DNA of 64,000 bases from Scenedesmus sp. PABB004 (Eukaryota), in contig JABVCE010000036.1 of assembly GCA_014905635.1 (NCBI GenBank), positions 62,001 through 126,000 of the forward strand. The letters are read 5' to 3'. Shown in pieces: positions 35,886 to 47,893 of this stretch; position 1 is the stretch's first letter, and the number at the start of each line of letters is the position of its first letter. Under the pieces are notes generated by a model that had not been told where the DNA came from, searched no databases, and saw only the letters and a list, made by a program, of their open reading frames with translations. The translations under genes were made by a program, and so were the position numbers.

Positions 35886-37358
35886 TCACTCGCCGTGCGC
35901 AGCCGCGGCCTGCTGGTGCTGCTGGCCCTCGTGCTGGGCCAGGAGCTCGTCAAACGTCAGCAGCCGGCAGCCCGCGTCGTCGGCCTGCGGCGCCGGCAGT
36001 GCCAGCACGCGTGAGCTGCCAGCGGCGCCGGGCGCCCCCCGCAGCCCCGCCGCGGCTGATCGCGGCCAGCGCCGCGCACGCCCGCCGCACCTGGCCCCGC
36101 GCCGCCAGCTCCTCGCCCGTGCCCGCCGCCCCGCCCGGGCCCACGACGAGCAGGTCGCCCTGGTGGCCGCCGGGCGCGCGCAGTGCGAGCACCGCCATGG
36201 AGAAGCCCCCGCCAAACGCGCCGGCGAGGCGCGCCGCGCCGGCGGCGTGCTGCCGCGGCGCGTGGGCGGGGTCGGCCACGTGCAGCAGGCCCACCATGTT
36301 GTCGGCATTGAGCACCGCGCGCATCTCGTTCCTGCAAGCACCGCCGGCGACGGCGGCGGCAGCGCGGTGGGCTGGCAGCCGCCGGCAGCCGAGGGCGCCG
36401 CCGGCTCGCGCCGCGCCGCGCCGCGCCGCGCCGCGCGCCAGTGGCAGCCCTCCGCCTCCATCCGCGGGTCCTCCTTGCCCTCCCTGCTCGACACGCAGTG
36501 CCTGAAGTCAAAGCCGCGCAGCCGCTCACACTGCGCGGCGCGCCGCGGCGGCGCGCACTGCACAGCGCGCGCGGCATGGCATGGGATGCCGGCGCCGGCT
36601 GGCGCCGCGGCGCGCGCGCTGCCGGGCCGACGCGGGGAGTGCCCGGGCACTCCCTGCGCGCGCGCACGCGCCTGCACCGGCGGCGTCGAGCCGTGCTCCG
36701 CGGCCATGTAGTCGTGCGGCGGCTGGCGGCCGCTCGCGGCGAGGAGCTGCCCGATATCCGAGTTGGCAAACAGCACGAACGCGGGGCCGCGCCGCTCTGC
36801 CGGCTTGCGCGCCTCGAGCGCGTCGTGGGTGCCAAAGACGGACGCCAGGTCGTGCAGCGTCCCAAACACGGTCGACTGCGGGCGGCGCGCGCGCGCGCGC
36901 GCGCGCGTGTGGGTGCGCGCGCGCGCGGTCGGGCGGGCGGCGCCGGCGCGGCGGCCGGGCGCCTCGCGCGCCGCGCGCCGCGCGCCGCGCGCCGCGCGCC
37001 TCGGCGTCGGGCCCGAAGCGAGCGAGCGCGTTCGGGATGCGCCCGCGCCCGCCCGCGCGCTCGGCGCCGCCGAAGAAGAGCAGCGAGCCGCAGATCAGCC
37101 CGCTGGCGTTGCCGCGCAGCTGCGCCGGGCGCGCGTCGACGAGCGGGCCCGGCATGCTGCGGCGGCGCGGCGCGGCGCGCAGCGTGGGGGCCGCGCCGAG
37201 GCTGCCGGCCGCCCCGCCGCGCCGCCGGCGCGGCGCGGCACGCAGCGTGGGCGCCGCCGCGCGGCTGCCGGCCGCCCCGCCGCGCCGCCGCGCCTGTGCA
37301 CGACGAGCCGGTCGGCGCGATAGAGGGCGTACAGCTCGGCCGGCGATAGCGGCGGCAT
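35886..37358 (-). CDS. Hypothetical protein, multi-exon
   Basis: Spliceable non-low-complexity exons: MPPLSPAELYALYRADRLVVHR, GLICGSLLFFGG, VFGTLHDLASVFGTH, GPAFVLFANSDIG, NEMRAVLNADNMVGLLHV, CRLLTFDELL...GE*. Confidence 0.6.
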
Positions 37359-37777
37359 CGCGGCGGCTGAGGCGGCGCAGAGGCGGCAGGCGCGGCGGCA
37401 GCGGGCGGTGCGGGTGCGGCGGCGGGTGCGGGTGTGGCGGCAGCGGTGCAGGAGTGGCGGCAGCGGCGGCGGCGGCGGCGGCGAGTGCAGCAACGCGCGC
37501 GGCGCGGCGGCGCTCCGCGCCGCGCCCCGAAGAACCGCCGCCGCCGCCGGCTGTGGCCTGCGGTTCCGAGCGTCCCCCCGGGGTCCACACGTCGCTGCCG
37601 GGACGCTCGCCGGGACGCTGCCGGTCGCAGAGAGGTGGTTGGCTGCCTCCCCGTGCCCACGCTCTGCTCGAGCATCGCTGCCGGGGCGGCTGGAATCACG
37701 CTAAGCGCCTCCCGGATGAGCTCGGCCTAGCGCCTGACCCGGCCGGCGCCCGTGCGGGCGGGCTCGACGACGACCCG

Positions 37778-40691
37778 ATGCGCTGGGCAGCGCAGCTCAG
37801 CCACCTCAGCGCGTACAAGCGCGCTGAGGCGCACCTCACGCAGCGCACCACGCATGGAGCCATCGGTGAGAGCGGCGGGGGACGCCGTGGCGCCGGCCGG
37901 CGGCTGCGGCGCCGCTGCGCAGCGCCCGCTGCTGCGCGCGGCGCCCGGCCAGCGGTTGACCCCGCGCGCCCGCCGCGCGCCTGCTGGGCGCAGTGACCAT
38001 CCTAGGGGTGCTGCTGGGCCTCACGCTGGCCACGCACGAGGTCGCGTGGTACGTCACGGGCAAGGGCAGCAGCAAGGTGCGCGGGGTTAGCAGCCCGGGC
38101 GCAGCCCCAGCGGGGGAGCGGGGCGCAGCGGCGGCGGCGCCGCGCCTGCCGGGGGCTCGCCGCGGCCAGCGGCGGCGGCTGTGGCCTGCAGGCGCGCGGC
38201 GGCGCGCGGCGCTCGGGGCGAGGAGCGCGGGCCTCCAACCGCCGCCGCCGCCGCTGCTGCGCGCAGATGATGGTCGACCTCGCGCGCCGCCACGACCTGG
38301 ACATCCGGCTCGACATCACCTTCCCCGCAGTGCCCTGCGCGGGTGCGGCGCGGCGCGCGCGCGCGGCGGCGCCCGGCCGAGCGGCGGCAGCGGCGCAAGC
38401 AAACGCTGCCGGTCCGCGCGCCGCGCGCCGCGTGCCGCGTGCGCGTGCCCGCGCGCGCCCACGCAGGCCTGAGCATCGACATCATGGACGCGAGCGGCAG
38501 CGCGGCAAACGACGCCAACAACGCCAAGGACGTGCACCTGCACAAGGCGCGCGCGCGCCGCGCGTGCGCTTGTGCTCGTGCGCCGCGCGTGCGCCGCGCG
38601 TGCATCGTGCGACACGCCCGCGCCCCCGCGCCCCGCGCGGCCGCAGATTCGGCTGGACGCGCAGGGCCGGCGCATCGGCGGCAAGGACGGCGAGTACCAC
38701 ACGCCGCAGAGCCAGCGCGCGGTGCGCGATGCGAGCGGCACGGTGATGCAGATCGACCTCAGCGCCGCGATGACCCAGATGGGCGACATGGGCGCGGAGA
38801 TCAACGCGCACGAGGGCTGCAGGCGCGCCGCGCCACAGCGGGGGGCACCGCCAGGGGGCACCGCTGCGGGGGCCCCTGTGTGTTTGTGTGTGCCGTTGGG
38901 AGGGGGAGGCGGCGCGGCGTGCGCGCGGGCGCGGGCGCCGACGCTCCGCCTCGCCCCGCGCCGCGCGCCGCGCGCCGGCGCAGGGTCAAGGGCGACGTGC
39001 GGGTGCGGCGCGTCGCGGGGCGGCTCCACTTTGCGGTGCACCAGCAGAGCTTCATCGACGTGCTGCCCCAGGTGCGGCGGGCGCGGGGCGCCTTGCGCGG
39101 CCAGCGGCGGCGGGCCGCGCGGCGCTTGCCCGCGCCGCCGCTCGCGCGTGGCGCCCGGCCCCACCCCTCCCCACACCCACACACACGCCCACCCACTCCC
39201 CGGGCCAGATGCTGACGGGGCACGTGCTGCCCAAGCTGACCAACCTGAGCCACGTCATCACCAAGGTCGCGTTCGGGCCGGAGTTCCCGGGCCAGGTCAA
39301 CCCGCTGGACGGCTTTGTGCGCCTCGCGGCGCCGGGGGAGGCGCCGGCCGCGTACAAGTACTTCCTCAAGGTGTGGGGGTGGGGGTGGGGGTGTGTGGGT
39401 GTGGGTGTGGGTGGGTGTGGGTGGGTGTGGGTGTGTGTGTGGGGGGGGGGGGGGTGCGGCCGGCCGCCCCGGCCCGGCCGCCCCGCCGCGCGCTCTGCGC
39501 CTCACGCGGCGGCCGCCTCACGCGGCGGCGCCGTGCGCGCGGCGGCGCGCCCGGCGCGCAGGTCGTGCCGACCGTGTACTTCAGCCGCGCGGGCGGCGCG
39601 CTGGAGACGAGCCAGTACAGCATCAGCGAGTACGCCATACCCCTGCGCGCGCCCACGCCGCCCGGCGGCGGCGGCGGCGGCGCGCCGGGGCAGGCGCAGG
39701 CGCAGGCCGGCGGCGCGACGACGGCGCACGCGTTTGTTGACTTTTCGTACGACCTGAGCCCCATACTCATGAGCATCAATACCAGCCCCGGCAGCCTGCT
39801 CCACTTCCTCGTGCGCCTCTGCGCCGTCGTGGGCGGCGTGCTGAGCGTCACGCGCATGGCCGACAAGGCGCTGCACGCGGGGCTCGTCGCGGCGGGCGCG
39901 GTGCCGGCGAGCGGCCGCGCGTCGGGCGGCGGCGGCGCCGCCGCGCGCGGCAGCGGCGGCGGCATCAGCGCGGGCATCAGCAGCGCCGGCCTCTCCGCGC
40001 GCACCAGCCTGCCCGGCGACGCCGCGGCGTACGCGAGCGTCGGCGGCGGCGGCTTCCCGTCGCGCACGGGCAGCGGCGGCGGCCTGATCCCGTCGCGCAC
40101 GGGCAGCGGCGGCGGGCTGCTGCCCGACCCGCCCACGCCGATGCACCAGCGCCTCGGCGGCGGCAGCGCGCCGGGGTGCCACCCGCTGAGCCGGCTGAAC
40201 AGCGTGTCGTCGAGCGGGCCCAGCTTCACGGGGCTGCCCCCGGCGCGCGCGCGAGCTGGGCGGGCGCGCCCGCGCCGAGCACGCCGCTCTACAGCGGGCG
40301 CAGCGGCATCAGCCTCGCCAGCAGCGGCGGCAGCGGCGCGTTCCCCGGCGACGCGCCCGCGCCGCCGCCGGGCGGCGGCAGCGGCGGCGGCTACGGCGGC
40401 GGCGGCGGCTACGGCTACGGCGCGCTCAGCGCCGGCGGCGCGCCGCTGCCCGCCGCGGCGGGGCACGTCTCGCACCTGCTCAGCCAGGGCGGCGCGAGCA
40501 GCGGCGGCGGCGCCTACGCGCGCCCGGGCGGCGGGCCCTCGCTCGGCGGCGGGCTGCCCGGCAGCCCCGCCAACGGCGCCGCGTCGCGGCTGGCGGCCGC
40601 GACGGGGCCGGGGCCGTACAGCCCGCTCGCCGGGCGCGGGCCGCTCGCGGGGGCGCCGTTTGGCGGGCAGCAGGGGGGCAAGGGGCTGTAG
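37778..40691 (+). CDS. ERGIC3: ER-Golgi intermediate compartment protein (ERGIC3/Erv46 family) with long Gly/Ser-rich tail; apparent frameshift near 40237
   Basis: LSAYKR..QRTTHGAIVT, LDITFPAVPC, LSIDIMDASG, EGCRVKGDVRVRRVAGRLHF, NLSHVI..FGPEFPGQVNPLDG, YKYFLKVVPTVY, FSYDLSPI, HFLVRLCAVVGG. Confidence 0.9.
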
Positions 40692-41029
40692 CATAGGCGG
40701 GCCGCGGGGGCGGACGCGGGGGCCTGGGGCGGGGGCACAGCACGCGCACGGGGTGCACGAGGCGCCGCGCGCGCTGCATCCGTCTTCACCGGGAGCGCAG
40801 CCGCCTCCCCGGCGGCGCTCGATGACCCCGGCTTGTGTCACCCGCGCGAGGGGGCAGGGACAGCACGCAGGGGGTCCACACACACTCACGCTTCATGCCC
40901 GGCATTAACGCGCGCGTGGCCGCGACGATGGCGAGGGCGCAGCGCGCTGCACCCCCGCCCGCCGCGCGCCGGCCCCCCCCCGCCGCCGCGGTCGCTGCCG
41001 CCCGCACACCGAGCGCCCCCCCGCCAACC

Positions 41030-41212
41030 ATGGACGCGCGCCGCGCGACGCGCTTTCCCAACTGGGCGATCGCGCTGGGCATCTTCGCCTTCTCCGCGGC
41101 CACCTACGCGCATGTGATGCGCCAGGTCGGGCCCAACCTCAACCAGCAGCTCGAGGAGGAGTGCGCGCGTCAGGAGGCGGCCGCGGCCAAGCGGCGCTCG
41201 CTCGGGCAGTGA
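41030..41212 (+). CDS. Small single-TM protein (60 aa), resembles cytochrome c oxidase assembly factor COA3/CCDC56
   Basis: Intronless MDARRATRFPNWAIALGIFAFSAATYAHVMRQVGPNLNQQLEEECARQEAAAAKRRSLGQ*, with a strong ACCATGG context. The start could lie further upstream (40895/40928). Family assignment is by eye. Confidence 0.6.
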   Translation: MDARRATRFPNWAIALGIFAFSAATYAHVMRQVGPNLNQQLEEECARQEAAAAKRRSLGQ

Positions 41213-41226
41213 GCGCAGCAGCAGAG

Positions 41227-42009
41227 ATGGCGCGCCGCAGCAGCACCGCCGCCGCGCCGGCCCCGGCCCCGCCCGCCGCCCGCGGCGTGGCCAAGCCGCA
41301 GCGCCGCATCGTCGCGGCCAAGCCGCAGCGCCCGCCCACGGCTTACGAGGAGCGCGTCTACGCGGTGCGGCCACCGCTGCTGTGGGCGCGGCGCGGCGCG
41401 GCGCGGTGGGCGCGGCACGGCACGGCACGGCGGTTGACAACCCCCCTCCCTGCGCGCCGCGCCAGATGTGCACGGCCATCCCGCGGGGCAAGGTCTCCAC
41501 GTACGGCGAGATGGCCAAGGCGCTGTCCTCGTCCGCGCGCGCCGTGGGCCAGGCGATGCGGCGCAACCCCTTTGCGCCGCGCGTGCCCTGCCACCGCGTC
41601 GTCGCGGCGGACCTCTCGCTCGGCGGCTTCAGCGGCTCCTGGGTGGGTGGGCGGGGGGTGGGGACGGCCGCAGGGGCGGCGCGGCGGCGGACGCGCGCGG
41701 CGGGCACGTGCGGCGCGCCGACGCGAGCCGCGGCGGGCCGCTCGCGCAGGGGGCCACCTGCGAGAGCGTGCAGCGCAAGAAGGCGATGCTGAAGGACGAG
41801 GGCGTCGGCGTCGCGGGCGACAAGGTGACGCGCAGACGGCCTGGCCTGCGAGCGTGCAGAATTCGCGCGCGCTCGACACCGACGGCGGGCGCCCGCGCGG
41901 GAAGGCTCACGGCTGCCACCGCGCGCGCGGCGCGCAGGTCGCGCAGCAGTCGGTCGTGCGCGCGCCCGAGCTGGCGCGCCTGGTCGCCGACGCCGCGGCG
42001 CAGGAGTAG
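41227..42009 (+). CDS. MGMT: O6-alkylguanine-DNA alkyltransferase (MGMT/Ogt C-terminal domain only)
   Basis: TAYEERVYA|MCTAIPRGKVSTYGEMAKAL, ARAVGQAMRRNP, active site VPCHRVV, GGFSG, RKKAMLKDEGV. Three introns. Confidence 0.9.
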   Translation: MARRSSTAAAPAPAPPAARGVAKPQRRIVAAKPQRPPTAYEERVYAVRPPLLWARRGAARWARHGTARRLTTPLPARRARCARPSRGARSPRTARWPRRCPRPRAPWARRCGATPLRRACPATASSRRTSRSAASAAPGWVGGGWGRPQGRRGGGRARRARAARRREPRRAARAGGHLRERAAQEGDAEGRGRRRRGRQGDAQTAWPASVQNSRALDTDGGRPRGKAHGCHRARGAQVAQQSVVRAPELARLVADAAAQE

Positions 42010-42262
42010 AAGGCGCGCGCAGCGGGCGGCGCGCCGCGCAGCGCGGCGCGCCCGGCGGGCGCCGCTCGTGCGCCGGCGCCGGCGCAGCGCCGTTCAGCGT
42101 TCACGGCCCGTTAGCAGGCGAGCCGCGCGTTGGAAACTCCTGAACTGCCGCGGTGTTGTTTTTCCGTCGTGCGCGCCCCGCCGCCGCCGCCGCCGCCAAG
42201 CCCCGCCCGCCCCGCGCTGCGCCGCCAGAGCCCCCGTCGCCGCGCCAGCCACGTCGTGAGCC

Positions 42263-42364
42263 ATGCCGACCGCGTCCGCTGCCGCCGCCCCCACGCTCTC
42301 GCTGATGCCCGCGCCCCGCGCCGACAGCCCCCACGCCCGCTGCTGCTGCTGCTGCTGCGGCTAG
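42263..42364 (+). promoter_or_regulatory. Candidate upstream ORF (33 aa, ends CCCCCCG) in the S6K leader
   Basis: GCCATG at 42263, open to TAG at 42364, 136 nt before the S6K ATG. Confidence 0.4.
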
Positions 42365-42500
42365 CCGGCGCGTGCAGGCCGGCCGCGCATCCGCGGCTCG
42401 CCGGCGCGCCCGGGGGCATCGCCGGCGCTCCGGCCGGCATCTGGGCGCTGCGCGCGCCATCGCGACCACTCCGCGACGTGTCCCGGCCTCAAGCCACCCT

Positions 42501-44004
42501 ATGCTCAACGCCCACGCGCCCGCCTGGGCGCCCGGCCCGCCGGCGGGCGGCGTCGACGCCGGCGCCGTCGGCGCGGCCGGCGGCGGCAAGCCCGCGCCGC
42601 CGGCGCTCGTGGTCATCAGCGCCGCCGCGGGCAAGCTGGCCGCCAAGCTGGCCTCCGCCCCGGGCGGCGGCGCCGGCGGCGACGACCTGCCGACGCCGGG
42701 CTCGCTCGCGACGGCGGTCTCCGACACGCTGACCTTTGACGATGTGTTCGACCACGGCAGCCGCCGCGGCTCGGTGCGTGCCGCAGCGGGGGCGCGCGCG
42801 CGGCGGCAGCGGCCGCGGCGGCGGCGCGGCCGGCGCCAGCGGGGCCGCGCGCGCAGCAGCAGGTGCAGCGCCCGCCCGCCGCGCGCCGACGCGCCGGACC
42901 GACGCGCTCGCGCCTGACTGCGCGCGCAGCTCGCCGAGGCGCTGTCGGGCGTGGAGGAGGAGACGGGCGACGACGAGGCCGACGCCTCGCAGGACGGCGC
43001 GGGCCGGCCGTCGCGGCCGGGCAGCAGCTGCAGCGCCGGCTCGGGCGCCGGCGGGCCGCGCAGCACGCCCGTCCCCATCGCCGCGGGCGCGGCGCCGCGC
43101 GCCGCGTCGCCGGCGCTGCCCGCGGGCGGCGGCGGCGCCGCCGCCGGCGCGCCGTGCAGCGCGGCCGAGGCGGCGGCCGTCGCGGCCGCGCAGCGCGACC
43201 TGCTCGCCGACGCGGCGTGCGTGAGCGCCGCCGCCGTCACCGACGCGAGCCAGCCCAAGCTGGGGCCGCAGGACTTTGAGATCCTCCGCGTCGTCGGCCA
43301 GGGCGCGTTTGGCAAGGTGTGCGCGCCCCCGCGCCGCCGCCCGCCGGCGCGCGCGCACCCTCTCGGCCGCGCTCTCGTCCGCCTCCGCGCGCCGCGAGCT
43401 CCCACACACCCACACCCACACACGCTCCCAACACGCACCCGCGCACCCGCGCGCGCGCGCCGCGCGCCCGCCGTACGCGCGCCAGGTGTTCCAGGTGCGC
43501 GCGCGGTCGAGCGGGCGGGTGTACGCGATGAAGGTCATGCGCAAGGCCCGCATCCTGCAGCGCGACCACGGCGACTACGTGCGCGCGGAGCGCGACCTGC
43601 TCACCGCGGTGGTGCACCCCTACATCGTCACGCTGCGCTACAGCTTCCAGACCCCCAGCAAGCTGTACCTGGTGCTCGACTTTATCAACGGCGGGCACCT
43701 CTTCTTCAACCTCTACCGCGCGGGCGTGTTTGACGAGGACGTCGCGCGCCTCTACGCGGCCGAGATCGTCGCGGCGCTGACCTACCTCCACGGTGCGCGT
43801 GGGTGGGCGTGTGGGCGGCCGTGGGTGCGGGTGTGGGTGTGGGTGTGGGTGTGGGTGTGTGTGGGGGGGGGGTGCAGGGGGTTGCCGTGGTGGTCGCATC
43901 GGCGCACACATCGGCGTGGCCGCCGACCCATGCTCGCCCCGGCGCCGCCGCCGCCGCCCGCCTCACCCCTGCCCCCCCCCCTCCCCCCTCTCCCTTCAGG
44001 GCGT

Positions 44005-44043
<39 letters not shown>

Positions 44044-45168
44044 CTCGACAGCGACGGCCACGTGCGCCTCACAGACTTTGGGCTCGCAAAGGGCGACATG
44101 GACGGCGACTCGCGGTGCGCGCGCCGCGCCCCGCTGCCGCTGCCCGCGCGCCGCGCGCCCGCCCGGCGCGCCGCCTCCCCCTCCCCCCAGCGGCGCGCGC
44201 CGCCGCGCCACGCCCCGCCCGCCCGCCGCCGCGCCGCCGTCCCACGCCGCCCGCCGCCGCGTGCGCCGCGTCCGCGCCGCCGCCCGGCCCATGCACCGCC
44301 CTCTCCCTCTCGCGCGCAGCACCAATTCGTTCATCGGCACCATGGAGTACATGGCGCCCGAGATCGTGGCGGGCGCGGGGCATGGCCGCGGCGTGGACTG
44401 GTGGAGCGCCGGCATCCTGCTGTACGAGATGCTCGCGGGCCAGCCGCCCTTCCGCGCCAAGAGCCGCGCCGCGCTGCAGCAGCAGATCCTCACCAGCAAG
44501 CCAAAGTACCCCAAGTTCCTGTGAGACGCGGCAGGAGCAGGCGCTCAGCCTGGCCCCCGCCCGCGCAGCCCTGCCCTTGCGCCCCGGCCCCCTGCCTGCC
44601 GGCGCGCGGCGCGCGGCGCGCCGCCGCCGCCGCCGCGCTCCCGCGCCTCACGCCCGCGCTGCCCCGCCGCGCCGAGCCGCCACGCCACAGGTCGTCCGCC
44701 GCGCTGAGCCTGCTCAAGGGCCTGCTCGTGCGCGACCCCGCGCAGCGCCTCGGCTGCGGCCCCGGCGGCGCGGAGGAGGTGCGGCGGCACCCCTTTTTCA
44801 AGGCCATCTCGTGGGAGCGCCTCGAGGCGCGCCAGGTGGAGAGCAGGTTCAAGCCCGGCGTCAAGTGCAGCCTGGTGCGCGCCGCGCCGGCGGCGCGCGG
44901 CTGCGGGCGCTGCGCTCGGGCGCGCGCGCGGCCCCGCCGCGCGCCCACCCCGCCGCCGCTGCCGCCGCCGCCGGCGCCGCAGAGCGTCGAGAACTTTGAC
45001 AAGATGTGGACCGAGCAGCGCCCCGTCGACTCGCCGTGCGGCACGCCGACCGACCCCGCCGCGGCGGGCGCGTTTGAGGGGTTTACCTACGTCGCGCCCA
45101 GCTTTGTGCACAGCCACATGGCCGCGCTCGCGGCCGCCAAGGCCGGCGCCGGTGCCAAGCCCGCGTGA
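42501..45168 (+). CDS. S6K: Ribosomal protein S6 kinase (AGC family)
   Basis: N-terminal TFDDVF (TOS-like), [47 protein letters not shown], turn motif DSP, hydrophobic motif FEGFTYVAP. Confidence 0.92.
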
Positions 45169-46185
45169 GACGCGCGCGGCGCGGCGCGGCGCGGCGGCGC
45201 GAGGGAGGGGAGGGAGGGAGAGGGAGGGGGGCGGGCGGGCATTGCTATTGCGTGCGCGGCCGGGCTGCCGGCGATTGCCGCGGCGCCGCGCGCGCGCGCG
45301 CCGCGGCCTGCGGCCGCGCGGCGCGCCCCACGGCGGGCGGGCTCATAGGCGCCGCGCGCTCGTGTGTGCTGTGTGTGCATGTGTGGGGGAGGGTGTAGAG
45401 GCGGGGAGGGTGCTGGTGCGCTTGCGAGTGAGCAGCGCGCGGGGCGCTGGCGGCCGGCCGCTCCACCGAGACGCCGGCGCCAGCGCGGCCGCGCGCCTGC
45501 GTGTGTGCGTGGTGGGGCGGCGGCGCAGAACTGCTGCTGCTGCTGCTGCTGCTGCTCCTGCTGCTGCTGCTGCTGCTGCATAGAGTCTCTTGCTGCGCGC
45601 TGCGCGGCGGCCCCGCCGTCCGGCATTGCGGCGCGCGGGGCGCGAGTGTGTGTGCGCGGCTGGCTGTCTGTCTGTGGCTGTCTGTGCTTGTTCGCGCGCT
45701 GGGCGGCGCTCTCTCTCTCTCGACGGCGCACCCACGCAAACGCAGCTTGGTGCGGTCACTGCGCCTCCCGCCGGCATCACGCACCCCGACATGCGTGCAG
45801 GGCCCGGCCCGATTGACCCCCCCAGCAGCAGCAGCGCACTGCACGCGGCGCGCGCGCACATTGCGCCGGCGGCGCCGCGGTCCTCTGCCGCGCGCGAGCT
45901 GCGCTAGCGTTGTAACGGCCGCGGTTGGAGGCGCGCAAAGCCCTGCGTCAGTCGACGCTCCGCCTCACGTGCGCAGCGGGCTTGCTGCACTCACTCCTGC
46001 GGCCCGCCCTCTGCATCCGGCCAGCTCGCGCTCCAGCGCCCGTCCGTCCGTCCGTCGCCGCTGGGCCGTGAGGAGCTCGCCACGCGCGCACCGACCCCCG
46101 CCACCGCCGCCCGACCCCTGTGCGCCCCGGCTCGGCAGCGGCGCGCCCCCCAGGCGCAGCGACGGCGCCGCCGCCGCCCGGCGCG

Positions 46186-47893
46186 ATGAGCGCAGAGGAG
46201 GTCGCGTCGCTGAAGCAGCAGCTGCAGGCCGCCAAGGGCGTGCCCCCGGCGGACGCGCTGCGGCAGTTCCTGCGTGCGGTGAGCGCCCTTGCGCGTCTCG
46301 CGTGGGCGGCCGGGCGCGCCGGGCAGCAGCGAGGGCGGGCGGGGCCGCTGATCATGTCGCCCGCTGCTGCCGCGCCCGCCCCAGTCGCGGGAGGCGCGGC
46401 TGCGCAACTGCGAGGATGTAGGCATCTACGGCAGCACGCTGTTGACGCACTACAAGCACAAGCTGGCCGAGGAGGAGCGTGAGTGCCGCGGCGGCGCGCC
46501 CGGCGGCGGCGCGCCGCTGCTGCGCCCGCGGCGCGGGCGCTCGGGGCCGCCGCGCCAAGGGCGCCCCTCTCATCGCTCACCCCCACACGCGCCGCCTCCC
46601 TGGCTGCCGGCGCAGTGTGGCTGCTGCACGAGCAGGTCGGCGTCGCGCTGCTCGAGTGCGGGCGCCTCGCGGCGGCGCTGCCGCTAGTCAAGGCGGTGCT
46701 GCTCAAGTTCCCCGACAGCATACGCGCGCGGCGCCTGCAGGTGCGGGGCGGGGCGGGGGGCGGCCCTGGCCGGCGGCGCCGCCGCCGCAGCGGCCCGCGC
46801 GCCTGCACCCGCGCGCCCGCTCGGCCGCGCTCGCCCGCGCCGGCACGGCCACGCGCCCACGTGCCCCACGCGCCCGCAGGGCATGTACTACGAGGCGCAG
46901 GGGCAGCTGGGGCGGGCGAAGCAGCTGTATGAGGAGATCATGACCACGCACCCACACAACGAGGTCATCCCAAAGCAGCTGGTGCGCCCGCGGCGCGCGG
47001 CCGCGGCGCGCGGCGCGGCGGCCGCGGCGGCGCGAGACGCTGCGCGCTCCGCCCCCCGCTCCGCTCCGCGCGCCGCGCCCCGCAGGCGACGCTGCACCGC
47101 TCGAGCGGTGAGCTGCCGCTGGCGATCGAGGTGCTGCGGACGTACCTGGACCACTTCCAGAACGACCGCGAGGCCTGGGAGGAGCTGGCAGACGCGTACA
47201 CAGAGGCGCGCGCGCACCACGCCGCGCCGCCTGCGCGCGTCCCGCCGACGCCTCCCTCCCTGCATCCCTCCCTCCCTGCCTCCCTCGACACCCCCGCGCC
47301 CTCCCTCCCTCCCTGCCGCCCCCCCCCCCGCGCGCCCGCAGGCGGGCATGTACGGCCAGGCCGCGTTCTGCCTGGAGGAGGTGCTCACGCTCGGCGCGCT
47401 GTCGCCCTGCGGCCTCGTCCGCTACGCCGACACGCTCGCCAGCCTCGGCGGCGCGGCCCAGCTGCGCACGGCGCGGGCGTACTACGCCAAGGCCCTGGCG
47501 CTGAGCGGCGGGCGCAGCGCGCGCGCGCTCTACGGCCTCGTCGCCGTCGCAAACGCGCTGCCGGACAAGGTGGGAGGGGGCCGCCGCGCGCGCGCGGGAG
47601 GGCGGAGGGCGCGGCGGGAGGAGGGGGGAGGGTCGGAGCGAGGGAGGGCGGCAGGGGAGAGAGAGGGAGCGGCGCCCGCGCGCCGCGCGCGCGCCCACGC
47701 GCGCGGCGGCGCGCGCCGAGCGCGGCGCCCACCTCGCTGCGCGTGCTTCGCTGCGCAGGACGCGGGCCCGCCCGGCAGCGCGGGCCAGGAGCTGCCGCGC
47801 GAGGCCGCGGCCGCGCTGGTGGAGCTGTACGCCCGCGACGCGCCGGCCAAGCTGCCGCTCGTGCGCGCCGCGCTCGCGCGCTACCTGGCTTAG
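46186..47893 (+). CDS. EMC2: ER membrane protein complex subunit 2 (TPR protein, TTC35)
   Basis: WLLHEQVGVALLECG, KFPDSIRARRLQGMYYEA, YLDHFQNDREAWEELA, QAAFCLEEVL, YADTL, ARAYYAKAL, RALYGL. Confidence 0.9.

Noticed and set aside
44518..44524. Apparent premature TGA in S6K (KFL*)
   Set aside because: The TGA is part of a GTGAG splice donor, and the reading frame continues in the next exon.
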